A stretch of DNA of 64,000 bases from Squalus acanthias (taxonomy: Eukaryota), in the NCBI GenBank assembly GCA_030390025.1, contig JASTWF010000034.1:2356001-2420000 (forward strand), in the 5' to 3' direction. The notes below the pieces were generated by a model. That model saw only the letters and a program-made list of their open reading frames with translations. It had not been told where the DNA came from and did no database searches. Positions 49,839 to 61,359 of this stretch are shown in pieces; the first letter of the stretch is position 1, and each line of letters begins with the position of its first letter. The translations under genes and the position numbers were made by a program.

Positions 49839-50112
49839 ACTCCTCGGCCCTTCCGACCTCCTCGACCCTTCTGTATCCCTTGTAGCCCTTTCAATACTTC
49901 TCTCGACCATTATCCACATCTGACCGTCCCTCAACTGCATAAAACCTGTGCTCTTCGTAATGCAGTCTGTGCTTGCAATTTCCAGTACTTCTGATATTGG
50001 GATCGAAACATTTCAGGTGTCTGTCATCACCTCTTTAAGGTTTTTGTTCTTTTACAATCCATCATCACACCATTTGTAGAGTTTTATGATTTATTTTGAT
50101 AAAAAAACCTGC

Positions 50113-50381
50113 ATGGGACAGTGCAGAGGGAGCTTTACTCTGAATCTAACCCGTGCTGGTTCTGCCCTGGGAGTGTTTGATGGGACAGTGTAGAGGGAGC
50201 TTCACTCTGTATCGAACCCGTGCTGTACCTGCCCTGGGAGTGTTGGATGGGGCAGTGTAGAGGGAGCTTTACTCTGTATCTAACCCGTGCTGGATCTGCC
50301 CTGGGAGTGTTTGATGGGACAGTGTAGAGAGAGCTTTACACTGTATCTAACCCGTGCTGGATCTGCCCTGGGAGTGTTTGA
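50113..50381. repeat. 65-bp satellite family, ~4 units, followed by CT-rich low complexity to ~50625
   Basis: Same unit as 40110-41110. Confidence 0.85.
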
Positions 50382-52109
50382 GTGTCTCACTCCCTCTCTC
50401 TCTCCATCTCGTTCCCTCTCTCTCTCCATCTCGTTCCCTCTGTCTTTCTCTTTCTCAATGTCTATCCATCTGTCCCTCTCTTTCGCTGTTTCCTCTCTCT
50501 GCTGCCGTCCATGTCCCCATCTCTCTCTCCCTCATCTTCTCTTCTGCCAACACGCTATCTCTGTCCCTACTTCTCTCCTTCTCCCTGTCCACCTTTCTTT
50601 TTTACTCTCTCCCTCTCTCTCTGTTCCAACTATATTTTTTTCTTGATTGAAAAGTACCCAGAAGTATTTCAGCCTGACTGTTTAAAATAACAACAATAAA
50701 TCACTTTTTTGTGACTTTTTTATATCTTAAATATAGGGCTCCGAATTTTTTGGCTATATCTAGTTTCCCTATCTGAAAGATTTGAGTGCTTAACATTGAA
50801 TTGGATGTGGGTACAGAGACTGTTTCAGATATTCCTGCATTGTGGAACGGTGTGAGATCTTTGCAGATGCAGGAAATGGGATTGTTGAAAGGAGATGTGG
50901 ATTTTGTTTGGTTGAATAAGCTGAGAATTAGATCTTGTCTGACTAACTTCAAACTCTTCAAACACATGAAGGAACTAGAGATGGGGGCAATGCACAAACC
51001 TGAGACCCCAGACAAGGGCCGAAGGAAGGTTTGTTAACAGATTAACCATTCTCCAGGCTGATAGTTTCGGGGTGATGTCATTCTGGAGGCCTGGGTAAAC
51101 ATACAGAAAGCAGGAGTTCAAACCCTGGGCTGTTGTCAATTTGAATTCTGTTCTTTTGAAATAAAATAAATCTGGAATAAAACAAATGTCTCTGATTCTA
51201 TGAATGTACCAATCTCATTCACAGGTCGGCACTTGAGAACGTCGATTAGTTCTGGAGGTCACACCAGTGACGCATTCCTGCAGCACCAAAACATAAATAC
51301 ACTAGACCACAATGAGAGGCCATTTTGTAACAGGCATTCGCTGGAAATTCACAAACAGGCATATTTTAATTTTAAATTTAAATTTGAGGGATTTTTTTTG
51401 GAGGACGGGGGCAATATATATTTAAGGATTTCTGAATATGAAGTTGGGTTAAGAGACATTAGCAAAGCCCTAAAAAGGAACCCGTTATCCTCCACGGACG
51501 TTTAAGTGGCGGATTGATCCAGTATTATCACACGTTCGGTGTAATTGGGTCATAGGTTTAAATCTGCATTAATTCTTTTAAAAAAATAAGGCATCAGCCG
51601 ACTTAAAAATAAATATTAAATTAACCGTGTGCATTGCAGAGCACGTGGTGAGTGAGCATTGAACTATTTCCTGGTCACAGATATCAAGTTTTGAAATATT
51701 GGCTATATTTTTGGTGGTTGGAGAGAAAAAGGCAAAAAAAGGCATCAAATTAAAGCTGTTTATTTTGATGCTGATCACAATAACTGGCCTGTTGCCGGGT
51801 TTGGGGTTGGGGTGAAAAGACGTGGCCTTCTTCCCCTGGCCATGCTTCCCCTCCACACCCAAAAAGCCCTCCATCCAAACATCGGGGTTTAAATCTCACC
51901 GCCAACGCTGGGCTTTGGGCCAGAGACACAGGCAGAGATAAAGTCTTCCAGTGGGCAGGGCCTCGGGGCTGTGGGGGGAAAATGGAGCCCCAGGAGCCCT
52001 AGATCAAGAGCCGTGCCCCCAGGGGTCAGCTCACCCACACAGTCGCCGAGGCCCGGCGTGTGAGGTAGTTTTAATAAAAAATCCAGATTGGATTAGATCA
52101 ACATAAAGG

Positions 52110-52463
52110 ACTGTTTGGAAATAGCTTTAATCTCTATCTAAACCGTGATGTGTCTGCCCTGTGAATGTTTGATGAGGCGGTGTAGAGGGATCTCTAATTT
52201 GATCTAAGCGGTGCTGTAGCTACCCTGGGAGCTTTTGCTCGGGCAGTGCAGAGGGAAATTTATGCTGTATGTAAGCTGAGCTGTAGCTGACCTGGCAGAA
52301 TTTGATGGAACAGTGCAAATGGAACTTAAATCTGTATCAAACCCGTGCTGTACCTTCCAGCGAGTGTTCGATGGGGCACTTTAGAGGGAGCTTTATCTGT
52401 ATCTAACCCGTGCTGTATCTGTCCTGGGAGTGTTTGACGTGATATTGTATAGGTAGATTTACT
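52110..52463. repeat. 65-bp satellite family, degenerate units
   Basis: TTTGATG...GTGTAGAGGGA...TGTATCTAACCCGTGCTGTA periodicity. Confidence 0.75.
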
Positions 52464-54238
52464 CTTGGAGCAACTTCTTCTGTCAAAGCTTCAATGAGAC
52501 TTGAAGGAATTTAAAGATTTTTAATGAACAATTCACAAAAAATTAGTGTTAAAAATACTTTTTCCCCCTAAGTTTCGAATATGATTTTGGAAGTAGCTGA
52601 AGCAAAAGTCAATTTTCCCCTCACCGAAACAAGTTTCAAACAGGTCTTGAAGTCCAAACGCTTTTAAAGAGTCTCTGAATGCTTAAAATGTTTTATAAGT
52701 TAAATTCCTCAATATTTGATTTTGAGTGATCGAGTGAAGTGAGTAGCTTTACACAAACATGCAACCATGGTGTTGAGGAGGGGGAGGGCAGGGGAGGATT
52801 TCTAGGAGTTACATATTATATTTTAATGAATTTAAAAAAAATACCTTTAAGACATTTAGGAAGAGAACCAAAAAAGGGGACAAACACAAACCATTTTATT
52901 TTGTCTGTCGTTCTATAGTCCTAACAAATCGCAGGAATAATGTAAATATAGATTTACTCTTAAACATTGATTGGATTGTTAATAGAAACAAGAATTATGT
53001 AATGATGTATAAGAATTGCAGGAAGCTACTTTAGAAGAAACCACACTTTGTTTATTGAGAAAGATACATAAAATACTTGGATTAAACTGATAACGTACAA
53101 TTCGATTTGGTTTGAATGTTTTAAATAGGAGATTATAAAAATTGTGAGTAGAATGAAGTTTTTTTCCCGCTTTTAATTGCGAAGTATCTAAAATAATTCA
53201 ACACTCCTCGTGAAAAGAGCAGGGATTAAAATTGTGGAGAATGTTACGTCAACATATGAGTAAACATGTCCAGGTCAGTCTGGCTGGTTCTGCTGTTCAG
53301 GAAGAAAGACAAATGTTTATTTCTGTTAAGTCATAGCTGTTCCTGCTCTTTGTTTATAATTAAGTGACACAAATTCTGTGTATATCTGTAATTTGTGAAT
53401 TAACAACAATAAATCACAATTCTGTGTCTTTTTATGTCTTAAATGATTCAATTTGTGGCTCGGAATCTGGCTGGTAAATCTAATTTCTTTACTAAAACAT
53501 TTGAATGTTTAAAGTTGATCTAGGATATGGGATTCAAAGGCAGTTTCTGACATTCCTGCATTGTGGAACAGTTTGACATCTTTGCAGAGGCAAGAAATGG
53601 CATTGTTGAATAGAGGTGCAGATTTTGCCCAGGGCAGCACCCTGGCCAGGGACATGCTTTTCCTGATCTGTTGCATCGTGTGTAGATCAGAAACAGGTTA
53701 AGGTGTTCACAGTAAAACCCCAAGACAATGAAATGGTTAAACAATGCCTGGTCAACGCGAGAGACTTCAAGCACAGGAGATGGCGGAATATACAAAACCC
53801 AAGGTTCCCAGATCAGATGATGCGGCAGGTGTTGGCACACATTATAGTTCTGCATCTCTTGTGTCTTTGGAGCAGCTTCTGTTTAACTTTAAACTGTCTC
53901 TCTCAAATAATAGGCCTGAGAGAGATCCTGAGAGATATTGAGAACAGACATTCTGAGAGTTTAAAAGAGAGAGGTGTAGAGATTTCAAGAAATACAAAAT
54001 TATCAATTAATAAAGGAAAGGTACAGAGAGATGCAGAAATATAATGCGAGATCGATATACACAGAGGCACATCGAGAGAGAGGTCCAGAGATATAAAGAA
54101 AACTGTAGAGATACAGAGATATAATGAAAAGCATTAGAGATAGAAACATAGAAACATAGAAAATAGGTACAGGAGTAGACCATTCGGTCCTTCGAGCCTG
54201 CACCGCCATTCAATGCGTTCATGGCTGAACATGCTACC

Positions 54239-57175
54239 TCAGTACCCCATTCCTGCTTTCTCGCCATACCCCTTGATCCCCCTAGTTGTGAGTGTTATAT
54301 CTAACTCCCTCTGGAATATATTTAGCGAACTGGCCTCAACAACCTTCTGTGGAAGAGAATTCCATAGATTCACCACTCTCTGGGTGAAGAAGTTCCTCCT
54401 CAGCTCAGTCTTAAATGGCTTCCCCTTAATCCTTAGACTGTGACCCCTGGTTCTAGTTTTCCCTAACATTGGGAACATTCTGCCCGCATCTAATTTGTCT
54501 AAACCAGTCAGGATTTTAAATGTCTCTATAAGATCCCCCCTCATTCTTCTGAACTCCAGAGGATACAAGTTCAGTTGACCCAATCTTTCTTGATATGTCA
54601 GTCCGGCCATCCCAGGAATCAATCTAGTGAACCTTCGCTGCACTCCCTCAATAGCAAGAATGTCCTTCCTTAAGTTAGGAGACCAAAACTGCGCACAATA
54701 CTCCAGGTGTGGCCTCACCAAGGCCCTGTACAACTGCAGCATCACCTCCCTACTCCTGTACTCCAATCCCCTTGCTATGAAGGCCATCATTCCGTTTGCT
54801 TTCTTGACTGCCTGCTGCACTTGCATTCCCACCTTCAGTGACTGATGTACCATGACGCCCAGGTCTCGTTGCACCTCCCCTTTCCCTAATCTGCCACCAT
54901 TCAGGTAATAGTCCGCCTCTCTATTTTCACCACCAAAGTGGATAACCTCACATTTATCCACATTGTACTTCATCTGCCATACATTTGCCCATTCACCCAA
55001 CCTGTCCAAGTCACTCTGTAGCCTCCTAGCATCTTCCTCATTGTTCACACTGCCTCCCAATTTAGTGTCATCCGCAAATTTGGAGATATTACATTTAATC
55101 CCTTCGTCCAAATCATTAATATATAATGTAAACAGCTGGGGTCCCAGCACCGAACCCTGCGGTACCCCGCTGGTCACTGCCTGCCATTCTGAAAAGTACG
55201 CATTTACTCCTACTCTTTGTTTCCTGTGTGCCAACCAGTTCTCAATCCACGTCAACACATTACCCCCAATTCCATGTGCTTTAACTTTGCTCACCAATCT
55301 CTTGTGTGGGACCTTGTCGAAGGCCTTCTGAAAGTCCAAATACACCACATCTACTGCTTCCCCCCTGTCCACCCTATTGGAAACATCCTCAAAAAATTCC
55401 AGAAGATTTGTCAAGCATGATTTCCCTTTCACAAATCCATGCTGACTTGGACCTATCATGTCGCCACTTTCCAAATGGTCTGTTATGACATCTTTAATAA
55501 TTGCTTCCATCATTTTACCCACGACCGATGTCAGGCTGACCGGTCTATAATTCCCTGCTTTCTCCCTCTCTCCTTTTTTAAAAAGAGGGGTTACATTGGC
55601 CACCCTCCACTCCATCGGAACTGATCCAGAGTCTAAGGAATGTTGGAAAATGATCGTCAATGCATCCACTATTTCCAAGGCCACCTCCTTAAGTACTCTG
55701 GGATGCAGACCATCAGGCCCCGGGGATTTTTCAGCCTTAAGTCCCATCAATTTCCCCAATACCTTTTCCCGACTAATAAGGATTTCCCTCAGCTCCTCCC
55801 TCTTACCAGATCCTCTGACCCCTTTTATTTCCGGCAGGTTGTGTGTGTCCTCCACAGTAAACACCGAACCAAAGTACTTGTTCAATTGATCAGCCATTTC
55901 CTTGTTCCCCATTACGACTTGCCCTGTTTCCGACTGCAGGGGACCTACGTTTGTTTTTACTAACCTCTTTCTTTTTACATATTTATAGAAACATTTGCAG
56001 TCCATTTTAATGTTCTCTGCAAGCTTCCTTTCATATTTTATTTTCCCTGCCCTGATCAAACCCTTCGTCCTCCTTTGCTGAGTTTTGAAGTTCTCCCAGT
56101 CCCCGGGTTTGCTGCTACTTCTGGCCAATTTGTATGCAACTTCCTTGGTTTTAATACTATCCCTGATTTCCCTTGTTAACCATGGTTGAGCCACCTTCCC
56201 TTTTTTATTTTTACGCCAGACCGGGATGTACAATTGTTGTAGTTCATCCATGCGATCTCTAAATGTCTGCCATTGCCGTTCCACTGATAGCCCCTTAAAT
56301 ATCGCTTGCCAATTTAACCTCGCCAATTCACGCCTCATACCATCAAAGTTGCCCTTATTTAAGTTCTGGACCATGGTCTGTGACTTAACTGTTTCCTTCT
56401 CCATCCTAATGTAGAACTCCACCATACTATGGTCACTCTTCCCCAGGGGGCCTCGTACCACAAGATTGCTGATTAGTCCTTCCTCATTACACAACACCCA
56501 GTCCAGGATGGCCTCCCCTCGAGTTGGTTCCTCAACATATTGGTTTAGGAAACCATCCCTTAAACACTCCAGGAAATCCTCCTCCACCGTATTGCTTCCA
56601 GTTTGAGTAGCCCAATCTATATGCATATTAAAGTCACCCATGATAACTGCCGTGCCTTTTTTGCACGCACCTCTGATTTCCTGTTTCATACCCTCCCTCA
56701 CCTCACCACTGCTGTTTGGAGGTCTGTACACAACTCCCACTAACGTTTTCTGCCCTTTGGTGTTCTGCAGCTCAACCCATATTGATTCCACATCCTCCAA
56801 GCTGATGTCCTTCCTAGCTATTGCATTAATCTCCTCTTTAACCAGCAATGCTACCCCACCCCCTTTTCCTTTTATTCTATCCTTTCTGAATGTTGAATAC
56901 CCCTGGATGTTCAGTTCCCAGCCTTGATTGTTCTGGAGCCACGTCTCTGTAATCCCAATCACATCGTATCCGTTAACATCTATTTGCACAGTCAATTCAT
57001 CCACCTTATTACGGATACTCCTTGCATTAAGACACAGAGCCTTTAGGCTTATTTTATTAACATCCTTTGTCCTTTTAGACTTATGATTTAGTATGGCCCT
57101 TTGTGTTTCTTGCCTTTGTTTACTCGGCCTTCCCCTATTGTTTCTCACCCTTCTAACATTTGTTTCTGACTGCAT
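54239..57175 (-). CDS. CR1 ORF2: AP endonuclease + reverse transcriptase (978 aa)
   Basis: LNARS, ITETW, MGDFN, KSDH (APE); KSPGPDG, YRPVSLTS, QHGF, LDFQKAFD, GVPQGSVLGP, KFADD (RT); no stops. Confidence 0.95.
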   Translation of the reverse strand: MQSETNVRRVRNNRGRPSKQRQETQRAILNHKSKRTKDVNKISLKALCLNARSIRNKVDELTVQIDVNGYDVIGITETWLQNNQGWELNIQGYSTFRKDRIKGKGGGVALLVKEEINAIARKDISLEDVESIWVELQNTKGQKTLVGVVYRPPNSSGEVREGMKQEIRGACKKGTAVIMGDFNMHIDWATQTGSNTVEEDFLECLRDGFLNQYVEEPTRGEAILDWVLCNEEGLISNLVVRGPLGKSDHSMVEFYIRMEKETVKSQTMVQNLNKGNFDGMRRELARLNWQAIFKGLSVERQWQTFRDRMDELQQLYIPVWRKNKKGKVAQPWLTREIRDSIKTKEVAYKLARSSSKPGDWENFKTQQRRTKGLIRAGKIKYERKLAENIKMDCKCFYKYVKRKRLVKTNVGPLQSETGQVVMGNKEMADQLNKYFGSVFTVEDTHNLPEIKGVRGSGKREELREILISREKVLGKLMGLKAEKSPGPDGLHPRVLKEVALEIVDALTIIFQHSLDSGSVPMEWRVANVTPLFKKGEREKAGNYRPVSLTSVVGKMMEAIIKDVITDHLESGDMIGPSQHGFVKGKSCLTNLLEFFEDVSNRVDRGEAVDVVYLDFQKAFDKVPHKRLVSKVKAHGIGGNVLTWIENWLAHRKQRVGVNAYFSEWQAVTSGVPQGSVLGPQLFTLYINDLDEGIKCNISKFADDTKLGGSVNNEEDARRLQSDLDRLGEWANVWQMKYNVDKCEVIHFGGENREADYYLNGGRLGKGEVQRDLGVMVHQSLKVGMQVQQAVKKANGMMAFIARGLEYRSREVMLQLYRALVRPHLEYCAQFWSPNLRKDILAIEGVQRRFTRLIPGMAGLTYQERLGQLNLYPLEFRRMRGDLIETFKILTGLDKLDAGRMFPMLGKTRTRGHSLRIKGKPFKTELRRNFFTQRVVNLWNSLPQKVVEASSLNIFQRELDITLTTRGIKGYGEKAGMGY

Positions 57176-57222
57176 ATTACTTCCCCCTGTTTCGCTACAT
57201 AGGTTCCCCTTCCCCTGCCATA

Positions 57223-58168
57223 TTAGTTTAAATCCTCCCGAACTGCTTTAGCCAATATTACCCCGAGGACATCGGTTCCAGTCCTGCCCAAGTGCAGACC
57301 GTCCCTTTTGTACAGGTCCCACTTCCCCCAGAACTGGTTCCAATGCCTCAGGAATTTGAATCCCTCCCTCCTGCACCACTGCTCAAGCCACGTATTCAAT
57401 CTCACTATCCTGTTCTCTCTATTCTGATTAGCTCGTGGCCCTGGTAGCAATCCAGAGATTACTACCTTAGAGGTCCTACTTTTTAATTTAGCTCCTAGCT
57501 CCCTAAATTCTGCTTGTAGGACCTCTTCCCGCTTTTTACCTATATCGTTGGTACTTACATGCACCACGACAGCTGGCTGTTCACCCTCCCTCTTCAGAAT
57601 GTTCTGCAGCCGCTCCGAGACATCCTTGACCCTTGCACCAGGGAGGCAACATACCATCCTGGAATCTCGATTGCGGCCACAGAAACTCCTGTCTATTCCC
57701 CTTACAATTGAGTCCCCTATCACTATAGCCCTACCACTCTTTTTTCCCGCCCTGCTGTGCAGCAGAGCCAGCCATGGTGCCATGAAACTGGCTGCTGGTG
57801 CCTTCCCCTGGTAGGCCATCTCCCCCAACAGTATCCAAAGCGGCATACCTGTTTTGGAGGGAGATGACCACAGGAGACTCCTGCACTACCTTCCTGATAT
57901 TGCCCTGCTTCTTGGTCACCCATACACTGTCTGTCCTAGCCTTTACCTGCGGTGTGGACAACTCACTAAATGAGCGATTCACCGAGTTCTCGGCATCGTG
58001 CATGCTCCAGAGTGAGTCCACCCGCAGCTCCAGCACCGCCATGCGGGCTGTCAGGAGCTGCAGCTGGACACACTTCCCGCGCACGTAGTTGTCAGGGACA
58101 CTGGAAGTGTCCCTGGTTTCCCACATGGCACAGGAGGAGCATGAAACGGGTCCGAGACTTCCTGTCAT
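57223..58168 (-). pseudogene. CR1 ORF1 (zinc-finger-like N-terminus + SGNH esterase), single frameshift at ~57740-57745
   Basis: ORF 57731-58168 (CSSC...RGKC) and 57223-57846 (GDSIVRG, STND, DGLHL) join if one A is removed from GGG-AAAAAA-GAG. Confidence 0.85.
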
Positions 58169-58453
58169 GACTTAACCCTTATGTTACTTTATTACTAAAA
58201 TTTAAACTTATTTATCTTAGGTCCAGGAGTTAAGTCCCTGAAAACAAAATATAAAATCGAACCTACCTTTTAAATTCCCTCTACCCCTAAAGGTTAGAGG
58301 AGGTGGGAGGGTGGGAGTCACTACTAGTGTAGTGTCTCGGGTTTAGCAACCGCTCCACCTATATACGGGTACCAATGATTTGGCCCCGCCCCCTGCCTTT
58401 GAAAAAGCCCGCGAAGCTCTTACCCCGCTGGGGAAAAAGGCCACGTAGGTGAG

Positions 58454-58826
58454 TTTATTGACTCACCTCAGGCCTCTGCCGCTCCAACCAGGTCCCCTCC
58501 TCCTTCCCCGCTGCCGACCGCTCTGTGGGAGAGAGAAAGAAAGAAAGGCTCCTCCTCCCCCGCTGTCGACGCTGATGTGAGGCCTACCTGAGCCTCGGGC
58601 CGTCCCTTTATTGACTCACCTCAGGCCTCTGCCGCTCCAACCAGGTCCGCTCCTCCTTCCCCGCTGCCGACCGCTCTGTGGGAGAGAGAAAGAAAGAAAG
58701 GCTCCTCCTCCCCCGCTGTCGACGCTGGTCTGAGGCCTACCTGAGCCTCGGGCCGTCCCTTTATTGACTCACCTCAGGCCTCTGCCGCTCCAACCAGGTC
58801 CGCTCCTCCTTTCCCGCTGCCGACCG
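58454..58826. repeat. 153-bp tandem monomers (~2.4 copies) in CR1 5' UTR
   Basis: TTTATTGACTCACCTCAGGCC recurs at 58454, 58607 and 58760. Confidence 0.9.
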
Positions 58827-59119
58827 GACATGAGTCTTTGTACAGCCTGCGTGTGTGTCCCAGAATGTAACGCAGGGACCCTCACCGCCTTTCTCTCCAA
58901 ATTTAAAGAAAACATCTTTCATACTCCTATTTCATCACTCCCAAATTCCCATAGAACCAGTGAGAGAAACTGAGGACCAGAAAGCCGACAGTGAGAAATA
59001 CAAAGACAGAGATCAGTAAGAAAATTAGAAAGATATATTGAGAGATTAAGGTGCAGAAAGAGATTAAAGGACGGATGGAGAGAGAGAGGTACAGAGAATG
59101 ATGGAGATATAAAGATAAC

Positions 59120-59360
59120 AATAGTGAGCGATTAAAATCGGGGATGCGCAAGAGGCCAGAATTGGAGGAGCGCAGAGCTCTCAAAGGGCTGTCGGAATGG
59201 AGTAGGTCACAGCGATAGTGAGGCGCAAGGTGAATATTAAAATTGAAGCATTGCCAGACCGGGAGTCAATGTAGGTGAGTGAGCAAAGGGGTGATGGGTG
59301 AAAGTGACTTTTTGCGATTTCGGAGTAACAAAGGCATGGATGAGGGTTTCAGCAGCTCAC
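59120..59360 (-). mobile_element. Old L2/CR1-clade LINE fragment
   Basis: Minus-strand RALRSSNSGLLRIP resembles the L2-type ORF2 C-terminal RxLRS motif. Confidence 0.45.
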
Positions 59361-59384
59361 TCTGTAATTTCACATCAATCACTC

Positions 59385-59880
59385 GCTGGCGGGTACGGCA
59401 CTGGTTCGATACAGAGTAAAGCTAATATTACACTGTCCCATCAACACTCACTAGGCCGGTACCGCATTGTGAGAGACAGGTTAATGCTCTCACAATGCTA
59501 CCCATAAAACACCAGCTGGGCAAGTACATCACAGGTTAGATACAGATTAATGCTCCCTCTACACTATCCCATCAACACTCCCAGGGCAGGTACAGCACGG
59601 GTTAGATACAGAGTAATGCTCCCTCGACACTGTCCCATCAAGCACTCAAGGGCAGCTACAGCACAGGTTCGATATAGATTAATGCTCCCTCTACAATGTC
59701 CCATCAAACACTCCCAGGGCAGGTACAGCACTGGTACGTACAGAGTAAAGCTCCCTCTACACTGTCCCATCAAGCACCCAAGGGCAGGTACAGCACGGGT
59801 TAGATACAGAGTAAAGCTCCCTTTACACTGTCCGATCAAACACTCACTGTGTCTGTACAGCATTGTGAGATACAGGTTAA
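59385..59880. repeat. 65-bp satellite family, reverse orientation
   Basis: CACTGTCCCATCAAACACTCCCAGGGCAGGTACAGCACGGGTTAGATACAGAG units. Confidence 0.85.
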
Positions 59881-61078
59881 TGTGTCTCTGCTGGTGTGGA
59901 GTAGGAATCTGTATCAAGTGATCCTGTGTACAGTGTGTCTCTCCCAGTGTGGAGTCGGACTCAGTAACAAGTGTCCCTATGTTCAGTGTGTGTACTCTCC
60001 CAGTGTGGAGTCGGACTCTGTCAAAAGTGTGCCTGTGTTCAGTGTGTGTATCTGCTGGTGTGGAGTCGGTCTCTGTAACAAGTAGAAACATAGAAACATA
60101 GAAAAAAGGAGTAGGAGTAGGCCATTCGAGGCTGCACCACCATTCAATATGATCATGGCTGATCCTCTATTTCAATACCATATTCCCGCTCTCTTCCCTT
60201 ACCCCTTGATGCCTTTGTTGTCTAAAAATCTATCTATCTCCTTCTTAAATATATTCAGTGAATGGGCCTCCACAGCCCTCTGTGGTGGAGAATTTCACAG
60301 GTTCAGCACCCTCTGAGTGAAGACATTTCGCCTCATCTCAGTCCTTAATGTCCTAGCCCGTATCCTGAGACTGTGACCCCACGTTCTAGACCCCCGCGCC
60401 AGGGGAAACCTCCTCCCTGCATCCAGTCTGACAAGCCATGTCAGAATTTTACACATTTCAATGAGATCCCCACTCAGTCTTCTAAATACTAGTGAATGCA
60501 GTCCTAGTCGACACAATCTCTCCTCATACCACTGTCCTGGCATCCCAGGGATCAGGCTGGTGAATCCTCGCTGCACTCCCTCTTTGGTATATCCTTTCTT
60601 AGGTAAGGAGACCAAAAGTGCACACAGTACTCCAGGTGTGGTCTCACCAAGGCCAGGTATATCTGTAGTAAGACTTACTTGCTCATGTATTCAAATCCTC
60701 TTGCAATGAAGGCCAACATACCATTTGCCTTCCTAACTGCTTGCTGCACCTGCATGTTTGCTTTCAGTGACTGGTGTACAAAGATACCCAGGTCCCTTTG
60801 TACATCAACATTTCCCAATCTATCAGCATTTATATAATACTCTACCTTTCTGTTTTTCCTACCGAAGTGGATAACTTCACATTTATCCACGTTATACGGC
60901 ATCTGCCATGTATTTGCCCACTCACTCAACTTTTCTAACTCTCCTTGAAGACTCTTTGCATCCTCCTCACAACTCACAATCCCACCTAGTTTCGTGTTGT
61001 CAGCAAACATGTGTCCCTGTGCACAGCGTGTGTCTCTGCTGGTGTGGAGTCGGACTTTGTAACAAGTGTCCCTGTGTG
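59881..61078. repeat. ~58-60-bp tandem repeat split by a CR1 insertion
   Basis: GTGTGGAGTCGGACTCTGTAACAAGTG units at 59881-60083 and 61010-61078. Confidence 0.7.
60084..61009 (-). mobile_element. 5'-truncated decayed CR1
   Basis: FADNTKLGG, WQMPYNVDKCEVIHFG and (TTTCTATG)n tail. Confidence 0.9.
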
Positions 61079-61359
61079 AGGGAACTTAAACACAATCCGT
61101 GCTGTAACTGCCCTGGGAATGTTTGAGGAGACAGTGTGGAGGGAGCTTTAACCTGTCCGTTTCTGCTCTGTGAGTGTTTTATGGGGGGTTTAAAGAGAGC
61201 TTTATTGCATCGATCCTGTGCTGCATCTGCCCTCGGATTGTTTGATGGGACAGTGTATTGGAACTATATTCTGTATCTAACCAGTTGGCTTGCAGCCCTA
61301 GGTGTGTTTGATGGGACTGTGTATGGGGACCTTTACCATGTTTCTAATCCGTGCTGTAT

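Larger units (their letters stand above)
48295..53941 (+). pseudogene. Fragmented leucine-rich-repeat (Toll-like receptor-like) pseudogene remnants
   Basis: Signal-peptide-like VILAVALLPLSPFLPHAAG-FQHCI, then degenerate LRR-like pieces between repeats: SFAHNVI*IIIP, IGIETF...ITSLRFLFFYN, YPEVFQP, IPALWNSLTSLQ, HAFPDLLHRV*IRNRL, KLSLSNNR. No TIR domain seen. Confidence 0.45.
54141..58827 (-). mobile_element. Near-intact full-length CR1 LINE
   Basis: 5' UTR with 153-bp monomers, ORF1 with one frameshift, intact ORF2, 3' UTR ending in (TTTCTATG)n; no clear TSD. Confidence 0.95.

Noticed and set aside
57731..57750. Programmed -1 frameshift in CR1 ORF1
   Set aside because: The required shift is +1, and the equivalent region of the other CR1 ORF1 (43826-44338) reads through in one frame.
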